NCBI GenBank assembly: GCA_017999675.1
Contig: JAGNLL010000001.1
Span: forward strand, 120,415 to 184,414
Length of the DNA stretch: 64,000 bases
Direction of reading: 5' to 3'
Source of the DNA: Rickettsiales bacterium
GTDB taxonomy: Bacteria; Pseudomonadota; Alphaproteobacteria; Rickettsiales; UBA1997
Shown: positions 19,698 through 28,545 of the stretch, in pieces
Layout: every line of letters begins with the position of its first letter
Numbering within the stretch: the stretch's first letter is position 1
The notes under the pieces: model-generated
What the model saw: the letters and a program-made list of their open reading frames with translations, nothing else
Databases searched by the model: none
What the model was told of the DNA's origin: nothing
Translations under genes and position numbers: made by a program

Positions 19698-20318
19698 CTA
19701 TTTTTCGCGAAAATCTGATTTTTCTGCCAATATTTTAGATGCTGTTGCTGTTGCTGTTGTTGGGGACGGCGATGCTTGTGGTTTATATTTTATCTTTGCT
19801 GGAGAACTTTCTGAAAGCTCATCTTGAGAAAATGGAGTTTCTAAAAGTTCATCTTCGCGAAATGCCGGCGGTGGTGGCAAAATAGGCCCGCTTTTTTTCG
19901 CAAATTCTGCGTGTTGCTTTAACTTGTTTAATACAGCTTCCTCTAAGTCTTTATGAAGCTCTGACTCTGCCGCTTTTGCCTTTTTTATTTCTTCCTCTAT
20001 TTCGCCTTCTAGCCTTCTCTTATAAGATTCAGATTCTTCAACATCTAACCCTTGGGCGCTGCCCTCCTCGATATATGCATTCACTCTTTCATACATCTTA
20101 ACTGCGCCTATATCATAGTATGCTCTTTTTACCAAAACTGCCGTATTAAATTCGCGCGCCTCTTCTGGAATTTCTGGGTCAGATGTTAGCGCGTGCCACT
20201 CTTCTGAAAATTTCCTTTTACGTTTCAAAGCCTCTAGGCGATTGGAAATTTCACGATCTTCTGTAATGGTGCTGGATTTATGATATTCACGCTCTCTATC
20301 CCTATCTCGACGTTTCAT
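19698..20318 (-). CDS. Hypothetical highly charged protein (RD/RE N-terminus, KRKRK cluster, PPPP, S/T/A tail)
   Basis: 206-aa ORF with no recognisable domain. It is the only long ORF in this interval. Confidence 0.55.
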   Translation of the reverse strand: MKRRDRDREREYHKSSTITEDREISNRLEALKRKRKFSEEWHALTSDPEIPEEAREFNTAVLVKRAYYDIGAVKMYERVNAYIEEGSAQGLDVEESESYKRRLEGEIEEEIKKAKAAESELHKDLEEAVLNKLKQHAEFAKKSGPILPPPPAFREDELLETPFSQDELSESSPAKIKYKPQASPSPTTATATASKILAEKSDFREK

Positions 20319-20367
20319 ATTAGTTTCTTTTTTGTTTTTTAGTCACTCATTAAACCACTCATCACCA

Positions 20368-20444
20368 CAACCCAGTCCACATTTTCATTTTCTGACTTGA
20401 AATTTGAACTAAACGTGAGAACGGGATTGCAAATCCCGTCCTGC
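20368..20444 (-). repeat. Degenerate inverted copy of the twin-hairpin repeat
   Basis: caacccagtccacattttcatttt...gagaacgggattgcaaatcccgtcctgc aligns with the reverse complement of the 53556-53647 element. Confidence 0.55.
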
Positions 20445-20492
20445 GAGGGGTAAATAAAATTTCGAATCTACCCAATCTAAACTAATTAAAAA

Positions 20493-21392
20493 TTGCCAGT
20501 GCCAAAAAAAACAAATTCCCATTCTGAGATTTCTCGCAGCTCTCGCATTGTGCATCGCGATGGCAAGATGCTTCGTGTCAAGCGCCACGGGATCAAAAGA
20601 ATTTCGCGCAACGATCTTTACATCAATTCTTTAAGCTCTTCGTGGTTAAGACTTATTTTTGCCATCATTTTATTTTACGTCACCATCAACGCCATTTTCG
20701 CCGCGCTTTATTTGATTGAAGACGGCGGCATTGAAAATGCTAGAGCTGGATCATTTCAAGATGCTTTCTTTTTTAGCGTGCAAACTTTGGCAACAATTGG
20801 TTACGGAAAAATGGCTCCCGCCACAAGTTTTACAAATATTTTAGTGACGATTGAAGCATTGGTGGGATTGTCGGGACTGGCTGTTGCAACTGGTGTAATT
20901 TTTTCAAAAATTTCGCGACCAAGTACCAGAATTTTATTTGGAAATTTTGCGCTGATTTCTCTCTACAAAAACACCGATTGTTTTATTTTTCGTTTGGGAA
21001 ATTTGCGCACCAGTCACATTGCTGACCCGCTGGTTAAAGCAGTTTTTATCTGCGATGAATTGTCGCCAGAAGGGTCAATAAGAAGAGCTTTTCACGATCT
21101 AAAATTGATGCGCAATAACGTGCCACTCCTTATGCCAAGCTGGACGCTGCGCCACAAGATTGACAAAGATAGCCCGTTATTTGGAATGAAAAAAGAAGAT
21201 TTAGAGAGAAAAAATATCGAAATTATCGTGTCACTATCTGGCTTTGACGAAACTCTTTCGCAAACCGTTCACACCCACCACTCATACATCGCCAGCGAAA
21301 TTAAATTTGGCGGACGCTTTGTCGACATCATGAGTTGGGATAAGCTTGGCCACGCCAATGTTGATTATAAAAGGTTTCACGAGGTTGAGTAA
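20493..21392 (+). CDS. Inward-rectifier-type potassium channel (KirBac family)
   Basis: 299 aa with two TM helices flanking a pore loop carrying the selectivity filter TIGYG (VQTLATIGYGKMAP), plus a C-terminal Kir-type cytoplasmic domain. TTG start. Confidence 0.85.
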   Translation: MPVPKKTNSHSEISRSSRIVHRDGKMLRVKRHGIKRISRNDLYINSLSSSWLRLIFAIILFYVTINAIFAALYLIEDGGIENARAGSFQDAFFFSVQTLATIGYGKMAPATSFTNILVTIEALVGLSGLAVATGVIFSKISRPSTRILFGNFALISLYKNTDCFIFRLGNLRTSHIADPLVKAVFICDELSPEGSIRRAFHDLKLMRNNVPLLMPSWTLRHKIDKDSPLFGMKKEDLERKNIEIIVSLSGFDETLSQTVHTHHSYIASEIKFGGRFVDIMSWDKLGHANVDYKRFHEVE

Positions 21393-21440
21393 ATAATTCT
21401 TCACACAACAACATTTTCAAAAAATGAACTGAAATAATGT

Positions 21441-21510
21441 GGACAATGTGCCAATTAAATATTATCTCAGATTTTGTTGAGGATTAATTAGTATACTGTC
21501 CCCAGATTTC
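21441..21510 (+). repeat. 70-nt direct repeat, copy A (partner at 25761-25830)
   Basis: The 40-nt core attttgttgaggattaattagtatactgtccccagatttc differs at 2 positions from 25791-25830. Similarity extends about 30 nt further 5'. Confidence 0.75.
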
Positions 21511-21539
21511 ATTTAACTTTAATTTTTTACTACAAAATC

Positions 21540-23333
21540 ATGAGCAAAAAAAGTCCTGAAGAAACCATTGTTGAAAATCCAGCCGAGGCTCAAATAAAAG
21601 AATTTGCCGCCTTAAAGCGCAGCAAAGTAGATCTTAATGCCGTCAACTCCGCTACTGGCGAAACAATCGTGATGCAGGCCGTCAGAGAGGGGAAGCTAAC
21701 TCTGCTTGACATTTTAATAACTAACGACGCCGACCTCAAAATCAAAAACGCCCAAAACCAAAACGCTCTAGAGATAGCTGCAGCAACTGAAAACTCTGAG
21801 GCAATTAATAAAATAATCACCTGTCATCTGAAGAAAAATGGAACTTACGACGTCAAATCATTGCTAGATCTTTTAACCACAATTTATGGCAACGAAACTA
21901 TTAAAGATTCTTTAAACGATGAAAGCCTAAGAGAATTAAACAAAATAAGAAGAAATCCAAATTTAGAAATTGGAGACAGCCCAGAATTTCCAATGATAAA
22001 GCGCTTATTGGCAGAATTAATTTACGAAAATTATACGAGCTACAGAAAGGAAGACTTTAAATTCTCGCAACAAGATTTGTTGGATTCACTTAAGCTTGGA
22101 GGCGTAGTTTATGCAGATATCGGAGAATCTATAACAATAATTTCTGAAAAAGATAAAGATGTTCAAGTTGTTAAAAAAGTAGATCAAAATCTCGCTAGAT
22201 ACAAAAAAGGCCCAAGTTTTAGTCTAGATTCATCTATCGAGGACTTCAAAAAATTACTTACGCAAGGTGCCAAGGCTAATCTTCCAGACAAAGATGGAAT
22301 AACGCCGCTAATGATAGCTGCACAAAATAGCTCTATCAAATTTTTCTCAGCCCTCAAAGAACTTAATATAAAAGCCGATCTTAACGCCAAAGATTCAGAA
22401 GGAAAAACTGCACTAATTCATGCCGTATCAGCTTCAACTGATTATGATTATAGCGGAAGAGATCATCGAGCGCCAATTATGGCAATTTCACTGCCTACAA
22501 ACTACTACAAAATCACCGAATATCTTTTGAAAAACGGGGCCAATCCTAATGAAAAATATGGCGAAAATACTGCTTTAGAAATTGCGGTACGAGAAAACCA
22601 TCATCCAAGAATCATTTCGGCATTGATTAATGCTGGAGCCGAAATTTCAGAAAAGGCTGTTGAGATTGCCGAGCGCAATAGAAACTTCACAATACAAACC
22701 TTGTTAGAGGATTATCTGCAGCCTGCTAGCGAACAACCTAGCGAGTTCGAAATTGCAGTGCGCGATAACGATCTAGAAAACATTTTAAGATTAATTAAAG
22801 ACGGAGCCGAAATTTCAGAAAGAGCCATGAGAATTTCTAGAATGGACGATAACAAAGAAATTACTCCTCTACTAGAATACCTGCAAAATCTTACAAAACC
22901 TGCGCAGGAAAGATATATTCAAGAACTTGCACAAAGAGTACTAAACTTCGTCACAATAAAGTTTCATCCCACTAATCCTGATCATGATATCACCGACGGA
23001 ACAAGAGCCCTAGATGTAACTAGAATTTTTTCTGGTGGGTGGTCAGATGAAGATCAATCAAAATTAAAAAGAGAGGCTGCCACAAAGTTTTCTCCTTCAG
23101 AACTCCTTGTTTTATCAGCCCCTAATTTACCAGGTCATAAAATATGCCAAGAACATTTGGCCAAACTCATAGAAGGAGGCAAATCAGACGTTAACTCTTT
23201 GCAGTCAAGCGCTTTGGCTCGGGTTTATTTGAACCTTTTTTCAGATGATCTAGAGGCCCAACCAGATATAAAAGCATCTTCGGCTCAATCCTTAAAAGCA
23301 AAATGTCTTAACAGCGATCGCACACTTGGATAA
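21540..23333 (+). CDS. Ankyrin-repeat protein
   Basis: 597 aa with multiple ANK-like units (e.g. DKDGITPLMIAAQNSS, GKTALIHAV, ENTALEIAVRENH..IISALINAGAE). AT-rich codon usage. Confidence 0.85.
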   Translation: MSKKSPEETIVENPAEAQIKEFAALKRSKVDLNAVNSATGETIVMQAVREGKLTLLDILITNDADLKIKNAQNQNALEIAAATENSEAINKIITCHLKKNGTYDVKSLLDLLTTIYGNETIKDSLNDESLRELNKIRRNPNLEIGDSPEFPMIKRLLAELIYENYTSYRKEDFKFSQQDLLDSLKLGGVVYADIGESITIISEKDKDVQVVKKVDQNLARYKKGPSFSLDSSIEDFKKLLTQGAKANLPDKDGITPLMIAAQNSSIKFFSALKELNIKADLNAKDSEGKTALIHAVSASTDYDYSGRDHRAPIMAISLPTNYYKITEYLLKNGANPNEKYGENTALEIAVRENHHPRIISALINAGAEISEKAVEIAERNRNFTIQTLLEDYLQPASEQPSEFEIAVRDNDLENILRLIKDGAEISERAMRISRMDDNKEITPLLEYLQNLTKPAQERYIQELAQRVLNFVTIKFHPTNPDHDITDGTRALDVTRIFSGGWSDEDQSKLKREAATKFSPSELLVLSAPNLPGHKICQEHLAKLIEGGKSDVNSLQSSALARVYLNLFSDDLEAQPDIKASSAQSLKAKCLNSDRTLG

Positions 23334-23489
23334 AATCAGAAGAGATCTAAAAGCATTTTCAAGATCACAATATGGTTATCTAAATCTTGCTCGACCCTCG
23401 GATCTGCTTTGTAGCATTGCTTCTAACCGAGCAGCTTGGGATAACGCGTGTGGCGAAGTTGGATGCCGGCAGGATTGAAAAATTGCTAA

Positions 23490-24107
23490 TTACAAAAAAA
23501 CCACGCTGCAAATTCCGTAAGTTCCAAAAGATCCAATGATTACAGCGGCGGCGATTTTTATTGCCGCCATCATTTTTTGCGAAAGCTTGTGTCTCATCAC
23601 CGAAACAGTGCCGCACATTACAAAAGCCCATAAAACCGAGCCCATAAAAATGCCAAAAACTGTCACGGCCATTTCTTGATTAGAAAGCTGAATGCCTGTC
23701 ATTGTGGCAAAAACTCCGATGAATAACGCAATGGTCATTGGGCTGCCTAAAGTTAAAAATGCCGTGAAAACTGTGGTGTAAAAAAAGCCGCGTTCTTTAG
23801 TTTTGATGTTAGAAAAATTAAAATTTTTAGCAGTTTTAATTTCGTATGCAGCCAGCAAAATCAAGGCCGCGCCGCTAATAACTTTTACTTCTGAAACGTA
23901 GGTTGTGAGAAATTTTGAGATAAAAACCAAACTACCCGTCGCCACAAATCCATAAAAACCTTCGGTGATTGAAGCGCCAAAACTGGTGGCAAAACCAATT
24001 TTAAATCCGCGAGTTAAGCAATTTTTAATTGCGAGGGTCGAAATAGGCCCAATGGGCATTGCCACAGAAAGACCAATCAAAATTGATTTGAGAAAAAGCA
24101 GAAACAT
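23490..24107 (-). CDS. LysE/RhtB-family amino-acid exporter
   Basis: 205 aa with about 6 TM segments and N-terminal SILIGLSVAMPIGPI, typical of the LysE family. Confidence 0.85.
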   Translation of the reverse strand: MFLLFLKSILIGLSVAMPIGPISTLAIKNCLTRGFKIGFATSFGASITEGFYGFVATGSLVFISKFLTTYVSEVKVISGAALILLAAYEIKTAKNFNFSNIKTKERGFFYTTVFTAFLTLGSPMTIALFIGVFATMTGIQLSNQEMAVTVFGIFMGSVLWAFVMCGTVSVMRHKLSQKMMAAIKIAAAVIIGSFGTYGICSVVFL

Positions 24108-24161
24108 ATTTTTGAAAAGGATTTAGAACTGACTGAAATAAGTTATTAATTTTTCTTTAGA

Positions 24162-24563
24162 TCACCCCTCCAAAGTCTCAATTACAACCTCTGAAGTAAG
24201 CGTTTTGTGCACCGGACATTTGGCAGAAACTTCGTGTAATTTTTGGCGCTGCTCGCTGGTTAGTAAGTCGCCGTGGATTGTAATTTTTTTCGTAAAAAAA
24301 TCTGTTTTGCCGCGTTTTTCGTGAGTGAGAAAAACTTCCACTTTTTCAAGCGGCCAGTTTTGTTGTAGGGCAAACCATCTTAGTGTCATCGCAGTGCATT
24401 CGCCCAGTGCCGCCAACAAAAAATCGTAAGGCGCTGGGCCAATATTTTTGCTGCCGTAATCTTCTGGCTCGTCACCTTTTAATTGGTGGCCATTTACAGA
24501 AATGTTAACGCTGTAGAGGCTTTCTTTTGTTTCTTCAACGGTGGCACTAATTTGCTTTGTCAT
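24162..24563 (-). CDS. OsmC-family protein (peroxiredoxin-like)
   Basis: 133 aa with conserved Cys contexts LGECTAMT and AKCPVHKTL. Confidence 0.85.
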   Translation of the reverse strand: MTKQISATVEETKESLYSVNISVNGHQLKGDEPEDYGSKNIGPAPYDFLLAALGECTAMTLRWFALQQNWPLEKVEVFLTHEKRGKTDFFTKKITIHGDLLTSEQRQKLHEVSAKCPVHKTLTSEVVIETLEG

Positions 24564-24817
24564 GCTTTTGATTTAGTTAATTTTGAACAGCTTAGCTTCG
24601 GACAAAAAATTGTGACCAAAGGCAGCAAAACCCAAATTGATTCCAACACAATAAACGGAATAGCTCGCTCAACCACCGCGTAGTAAAGCAAGCAACTACC
24701 ACCAGATAAATTGAGTAATTTATATTTCACCGAATCACCAAAACCGCTTTTAAACAGCGTGATGGCCAGCGCGATAATGCACAAAATGCTGCCTGTAATT
24801 CCTACGTATAATTGCAT
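24560..24817 (-). CDS. Small hydrophobic membrane protein
   Basis: Start taken at the ATG at 24815-24817 (MQLYVGITGSILCIIALAI...). 85 aa with 3 hydrophobic segments. The end overlaps the OsmC start by 4 nt. The upstream track extension is unsupported. Confidence 0.5.
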   Translation of the reverse strand: MQLYVGITGSILCIIALAITLFKSGFGDSVKYKLLNLSGGSCLLYYAVVERAIPFIVLESIWVLLPLVTIFCPKLSCSKLTKSKA

Positions 24818-24898
24818 GTTTGGGGTGTGTTTTAGATTAAAATATTTGGCTAAAGCGCTCTTTTCAAAAAAGATGGCGGATGGCGGCGCAGCAGTCAA

Positions 24899-24926
24899 AG
24901 GAAGATTTAGAATTCTAAATCTTCCT
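24899..24926. promoter_or_regulatory. Perfect 28-bp palindrome in a divergent promoter region
   Basis: aggaagatttagaattctaaatcttcct is its own reverse complement. Lies between the minus-strand membrane/OsmC genes and the plus-strand phd-parE-like pair. Confidence 0.45.
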
Positions 24927-24973
24927 CAAAGATAAGAAGAATTAAAGAAGCGCTTGAAGTTTTAGTCCAGATT

Positions 24974-25006
24974 AAATTAATACTAAATTAATACTAAATT
25001 TAATCT
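24974..25006 (+). promoter_or_regulatory. Three tandem 11-nt repeats directly upstream of the antitoxin gene (candidate TA operator)
   Basis: aaattaatact, aaattaatact, aaatttaatct. The array ends 7 nt before the ATG at 25014. Confidence 0.5.
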
Positions 25007-25013
25007 TTAAATT

Positions 25014-25301
25014 ATGCTCAACATTCAAAACGGAATTCGCTCTTTAAGCGACTTCAAACAAAACTCTTCTGAAATTTTAAGATACATCAAAAAAACCCAC
25101 AGCCCCACTGTTTTAACCATAAATGGCAAGGCTGAAGCGGTGCTTGTAGATCCAAAATCTTACCAAGATTTAATCGACAAAATCACCCTACTTGAAAGCG
25201 CCAACAAAATTAAAGCGTCCTTGGTAGAAATGGAAAATAACGAAGGAATTTCAGCCAAAAAAGCCTTCAAAAAACTACGCAAAAAAATCACCAAAAAATA
25301 A
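25014..25301 (+). CDS. Type II antitoxin, Phd/YefM family
   Basis: 95 aa. SLSDFKQNSSEILRYIKKTHSPTVLTINGKAEAVLVDPKSYQDL matches the Phd/YefM N-terminal fold pattern. Confidence 0.85.
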   Translation: MLNIQNGIRSLSDFKQNSSEILRYIKKTHSPTVLTINGKAEAVLVDPKSYQDLIDKITLLESANKIKASLVEMENNEGISAKKAFKKLRKKITKK

Positions 25302-25319
25302 ACACCACCAAAACCCAAG

Positions 25320-25658
25320 ATGAAAAAACACCACGTCACGCTCAACCCATCTGTTTATCAAAAATTAGAAAAGATTTTTTCTTACATCGCGGCCGAGTCG
25401 CCACAGACGGCCATCGAGGTGCTTGACGAAATTGAACAGAAAATAATGTCACTAGAATCACTACCAAAAAGATTCGCCCTAGCCCCAGAAAACATCACCT
25501 ACAAAAACCACCAAGTCCGCCATTTCTTCTGCAAAAAATCTTTCCGCGTAATTTACGCGATCAACAAAAACGAAGTCCGCATCTTAGACGTAAGACACGC
25601 CGCCCAAAATCCGTTGTCAGCAAATGATGTTTTCTCCAATTCAAAATTGAGGAGCTAA
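25320..25658 (+). CDS. Type II toxin, ParE/RelE superfamily
   Basis: 112 aa. FRVIYAINKNEVRILDVRHAAQNP is typical of ParE-like toxins. Lies 18 nt downstream of the antitoxin. Confidence 0.85.
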   Translation: MKKHHVTLNPSVYQKLEKIFSYIAAESPQTAIEVLDEIEQKIMSLESLPKRFALAPENITYKNHQVRHFFCKKSFRVIYAINKNEVRILDVRHAAQNPLSANDVFSNSKLRS

Positions 25659-25760
25659 AGCCCTCTTTGAAAAAGAGGGTGGATGACTGCGCAGCAGTCA
25701 GACGGGTGATTTGTTGATGCAAGCTCGTAGTCATGCTGAGCACATGACCAAGGAACTATG

Positions 25761-25830
25761 GGGACATTATACCCATTAAATTTATCTCAAATTTTGTTGA
25801 GGATTGATTAGTATACTGTCCCCGGATTTC
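25761..25830 (+). repeat. 70-nt direct repeat, copy B (partner at 21441-21510)
   Basis: Same orientation as copy A. Ends 3 nt before the stop codon of the minus-strand GIY-YIG gene. Confidence 0.75.
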
Positions 25831-25833
25831 CAG

Positions 25834-26658
25834 TTATCTAAATTTCTCATCCAGATTACACCCCTCTTCATCACGCCAATCTGTCCATCCATTAGAATTC
25901 CTTCCCAAGCAAAATGTTGATGCCGATGAAGGGCTTTTGAAGGGAATATTTTTTTCCACCAAAAAATATTCCCCCACATCTTTGCAAAATTCGCGAAAGA
26001 AAAAATCACGATCAGATGATCCATATTTACGATAGGAAGAAACAGCTTCTTTGCATATTTTTGAGCCCGCCAGAACCGTAAATCCATTTTCATCGTAAAA
26101 TCCTTTGGAATCAGTGCCTTTGCTGTTCCTACAATAAAAAAGATGCTTTGTTTTTTCCTCAATCACCTCAAAAAGTTTATAACCAAGAAATGATGTCAAA
26201 AGCTTTACATCTTCAAAAAATTCATGGACGGAATCCCTTTGATGCTCCTGTAAATTTGGTGATTTTGGACTTTGTTTGTTTTCTTCAAGTTTAAATCTAT
26301 CAGCTTTTTTGATTTGGTTAATTGCCAAATATTCTAAATATTGAACATCGGCTTTAGTGAGGTAATTATCCTTTGCACTGAAAGCTATAGCCTCATTCCA
26401 AAACTCTTTTTTTGAATCGTGATCTTTAACACGATCAATAAAACTTTCCGTCTCTCCAACATAGGCTTTACCCTCCTCGCCAACCAGTAAGTAAAGAGAT
26501 GGTCGTTTCAACTCTTCTCTACCCCTCGCTTCATTTAACTTAGCCCTAGGCACAAAAAGTGCGTTGCAAACTTTGTTAGAAATAAAAACAGATCTTAGCC
26601 CAGTTGAACTGCCTTCAATCAAGTAGGTTGTGATTGTCTTGCCCATATTTAGATTCAT
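25834..26658 (-). CDS. GIY-YIG nuclease-family protein with a DUF4357-like C-terminal domain
   Basis: Start taken at the ATG at 26656-26658 (MNLNMGKTITTYLIEG). SLYLLVGEEGKAYVGETESF...RVKDH...FWNEAIAF fits GIY-YIG. The longer track ORF (to 26775) crosses a hairpin repeat and overlaps argG. Confidence 0.78.
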   Translation of the reverse strand: MNLNMGKTITTYLIEGSSTGLRSVFISNKVCNALFVPRAKLNEARGREELKRPSLYLLVGEEGKAYVGETESFIDRVKDHDSKKEFWNEAIAFSAKDNYLTKADVQYLEYLAINQIKKADRFKLEENKQSPKSPNLQEHQRDSVHEFFEDVKLLTSFLGYKLFEVIEEKTKHLFYCRNSKGTDSKGFYDENGFTVLAGSKICKEAVSSYRKYGSSDRDFFFREFCKDVGEYFLVEKNIPFKSPSSASTFCLGRNSNGWTDWRDEEGCNLDEKFR

Positions 26659-26669
26659 TGTTTTTAACA

Positions 26670-26710
26670 CCAGCCGCAGGACGGGATTGCAAATCCCGTC
26701 CTGCGGCTGG
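26670..26710. repeat. Extended hairpin-A repeat (19-bp perfect stem, 3-nt loop) downstream of argG
   Basis: ccagccgcaggacgggatt gca aatcccgtcctgcggctgg shares the aggacgggatt..aatcccgtcct core with the 53.5-kb and 54.6-kb repeats. No U-run follows. Confidence 0.6.
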
Positions 26711-26731
26711 GGGTGGCCTTGTGGCTGGAAA

Positions 26732-27997
26732 TTACTTTTTGCTTTTGGTGCTGGTTTTGGCGTTGGCTCTGGCACCGATTCTTAGGCGGAGGGCGTTTAG
26801 TTTGATGAAGCCTGCTGCGTCTTTTTGGTCGTAGACGGCGTCTTCTTCGAAGGTTACGTGGGCTTCAGAGTACAAGCTTTTTACAGATTTTCTTGAGACT
26901 ACTGTCGCGCTGCCTTTGTAGAGTTTTAGGGTTACACTTCCTTCAACATTTTCTTGAGATTTGTCGATCAAGGCTTGCAGCATTTCGCGTTCAGGAGAGA
27001 ACCAGAAACCGTTGTAAATTAAGCTCGCATATTTCGGCATTAGCTCGTCTTTCAAATGCGCGGCTTCGCGATCTAACGTGATTGACTCAATGGCGCGGTG
27101 GGCGACTAACAAAATTGTTCCACCTGGGGTTTCGTAAACGCCTCTCGATTTCATTCCAACGAAACGGTTTTCAACAAGATCCAATCTGCCAATTCCGTTT
27201 TTGCCGCCAAGCTCGTTTAGCTTAGTCAAGATTTGCGCCGGTGACATTTTTTTGCCGTTAATCGCAATTGGGTCACCTTTTTTAAATTCGATGTCAATCA
27301 ACGTAGCCTTATCTGGCGCAGCTTCAGGGCTTACTGTTCTTTGGTAAACATATTCCGGCGCCGCTTTTGACGGATCTTCCAAAACTTTTCCCTCGCTCGA
27401 AGTGTGCAACAAATTCGCATCAACCGAGTAAGGCGATTCACCGCGTTTGTCTTTGGCCACAGGAATGCCGTGCTTGTCGGCGTAAGCAATCAACTTAGTG
27501 CGCGAGTTTAAATCCCACTCTCTCCACGGTGCGATAATTTTGATGTCTGGCTTGTTAGCGTAGTAAGCAAGTTCAAAACGAACTTGGTCATTTCCTTTGC
27601 CAGTAGCGCCGTGGCACACGGCGTCAGCTCCCAATTTTTTCGCAATTTCAATTTGTTTTTTCGCAATCAACGGACGCGCAATTGAGGTGCCAAGCAAGTA
27701 AACACCTTCGTACAAAGTATTCGCACGAAACATTGGAAACACGTAATCACGCACAAATTCTTCGCGCAGATCTTCAATAAAAATTTGCTTCACACCCATT
27801 TTTTTGGCCTTCGCGCGAGCCGGTTCAAGCTCTTCGCCCTGCCCTAAATCTGCCGTGAAAGTTATCACTTCGCAGCCGTAATTTTCTTGCAGCCATTTTA
27901 AAATTACTGAGGTGTCAAGACCACCCGAATAAGCCAAAACAACTTTTTTAATTTTGCTTTTTGCAGCCTCTGGTTTTTTTGTTTTCGGAGTTTTCAT
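26732..27997 (-). CDS. argG: Argininosuccinate synthase
   Basis: Start taken at the ATG at 27995-27997. Carries AYSGGLDTS and the other ArgG motifs. Confidence 0.97.
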   Translation of the reverse strand: MKTPKTKKPEAAKSKIKKVVLAYSGGLDTSVILKWLQENYGCEVITFTADLGQGEELEPARAKAKKMGVKQIFIEDLREEFVRDYVFPMFRANTLYEGVYLLGTSIARPLIAKKQIEIAKKLGADAVCHGATGKGNDQVRFELAYYANKPDIKIIAPWREWDLNSRTKLIAYADKHGIPVAKDKRGESPYSVDANLLHTSSEGKVLEDPSKAAPEYVYQRTVSPEAAPDKATLIDIEFKKGDPIAINGKKMSPAQILTKLNELGGKNGIGRLDLVENRFVGMKSRGVYETPGGTILLVAHRAIESITLDREAAHLKDELMPKYASLIYNGFWFSPEREMLQALIDKSQENVEGSVTLKLYKGSATVVSRKSVKSLYSEAHVTFEEDAVYDQKDAAGFIKLNALRLRIGARANAKTSTKSKK

Positions 27998-28102
27998 TTG
28001 AAATTTGAGATTGATTAATAAAGATGTTTTTAGAGTTTTTTTAAAACCCCGCAAAGCACGCCCACAGCGGTTTTGTGGGCAATATCAAAAGGTAAAATTA
28101 AA

Positions 28103-28537
28103 ATGCAAATAAAAGAGCTGCAAACCCGCGAAGAAATTTCTGCAAGCTTTGAAGTTTTGGTGCAAATTTACGAAGATTTAAACCGCGAAACCTACGTTGA
28201 AGACATCCTCAACATGATGCAACGCGGCTACAAAATGGCTGGCGTTTTTCAAGACCAAACTGTTGAAAACGGCCGCTGCGTTGGCGTTGTAGGCATTCGC
28301 GTAATCAGAAAATTACATTACGGCAAAGCCGTTGAAATTGAAGACTTCATGATCGACCGCGCCAAGCGTGGCATTGGTGTAGGCAAAATGTTAATGCGCT
28401 GGGTTGACTGGCAAGCCGCAAATTTTGGCTGCCAAAATATTGTCGGAAATCTCGAAACCAAAAGACTTGAATCGCAAAGAATTTTCTCACGTGAAAAGTT
28501 TAATTTAGACGGATTTTTCTTTAGGAAGAGTTTGTAA
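28103..28537 (+). CDS. GNAT-family N-acetyltransferase
   Basis: About 144 aa from the ATG at 28103. The acetyl-CoA motif region is DRAKRGIGVGKMLM. Confidence 0.75.
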   Translation: MQIKELQTREEISASFEVLVQIYEDLNRETYVEDILNMMQRGYKMAGVFQDQTVENGRCVGVVGIRVIRKLHYGKAVEIEDFMIDRAKRGIGVGKMLMRWVDWQAANFGCQNIVGNLETKRLESQRIFSREKFNLDGFFFRKSL

Positions 28538-28545
28538 GCTCTAAC

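Noticed and set aside
23334-23489. 156-nt gap after the ankyrin gene, and ORF 23380-23631, checked for a small RNA or gene
   Set aside because: No tRNA-like or conserved RNA motifs are recognisable. The ORF mostly overlaps the LysE gene 3' end in another frame.
24974-25006. Tandem 11-nt repeats considered as a possible mini-CRISPR or other array
   Set aside because: There are only three directly abutting units with no spacers, AT-rich, and immediately upstream of a TA operon. An operator or promoter element is far more likely. No CRISPR-like array exists anywhere in the window.
26659-26775. N-terminal extension of the GIY-YIG ORF ([11 protein letters not shown]...GICNPVLRL)
   Set aside because: It is translated from the hairpin repeat at 26670-26710 and overlaps the argG 3' end. 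An internal ATG at 26658 gives a sensible start.
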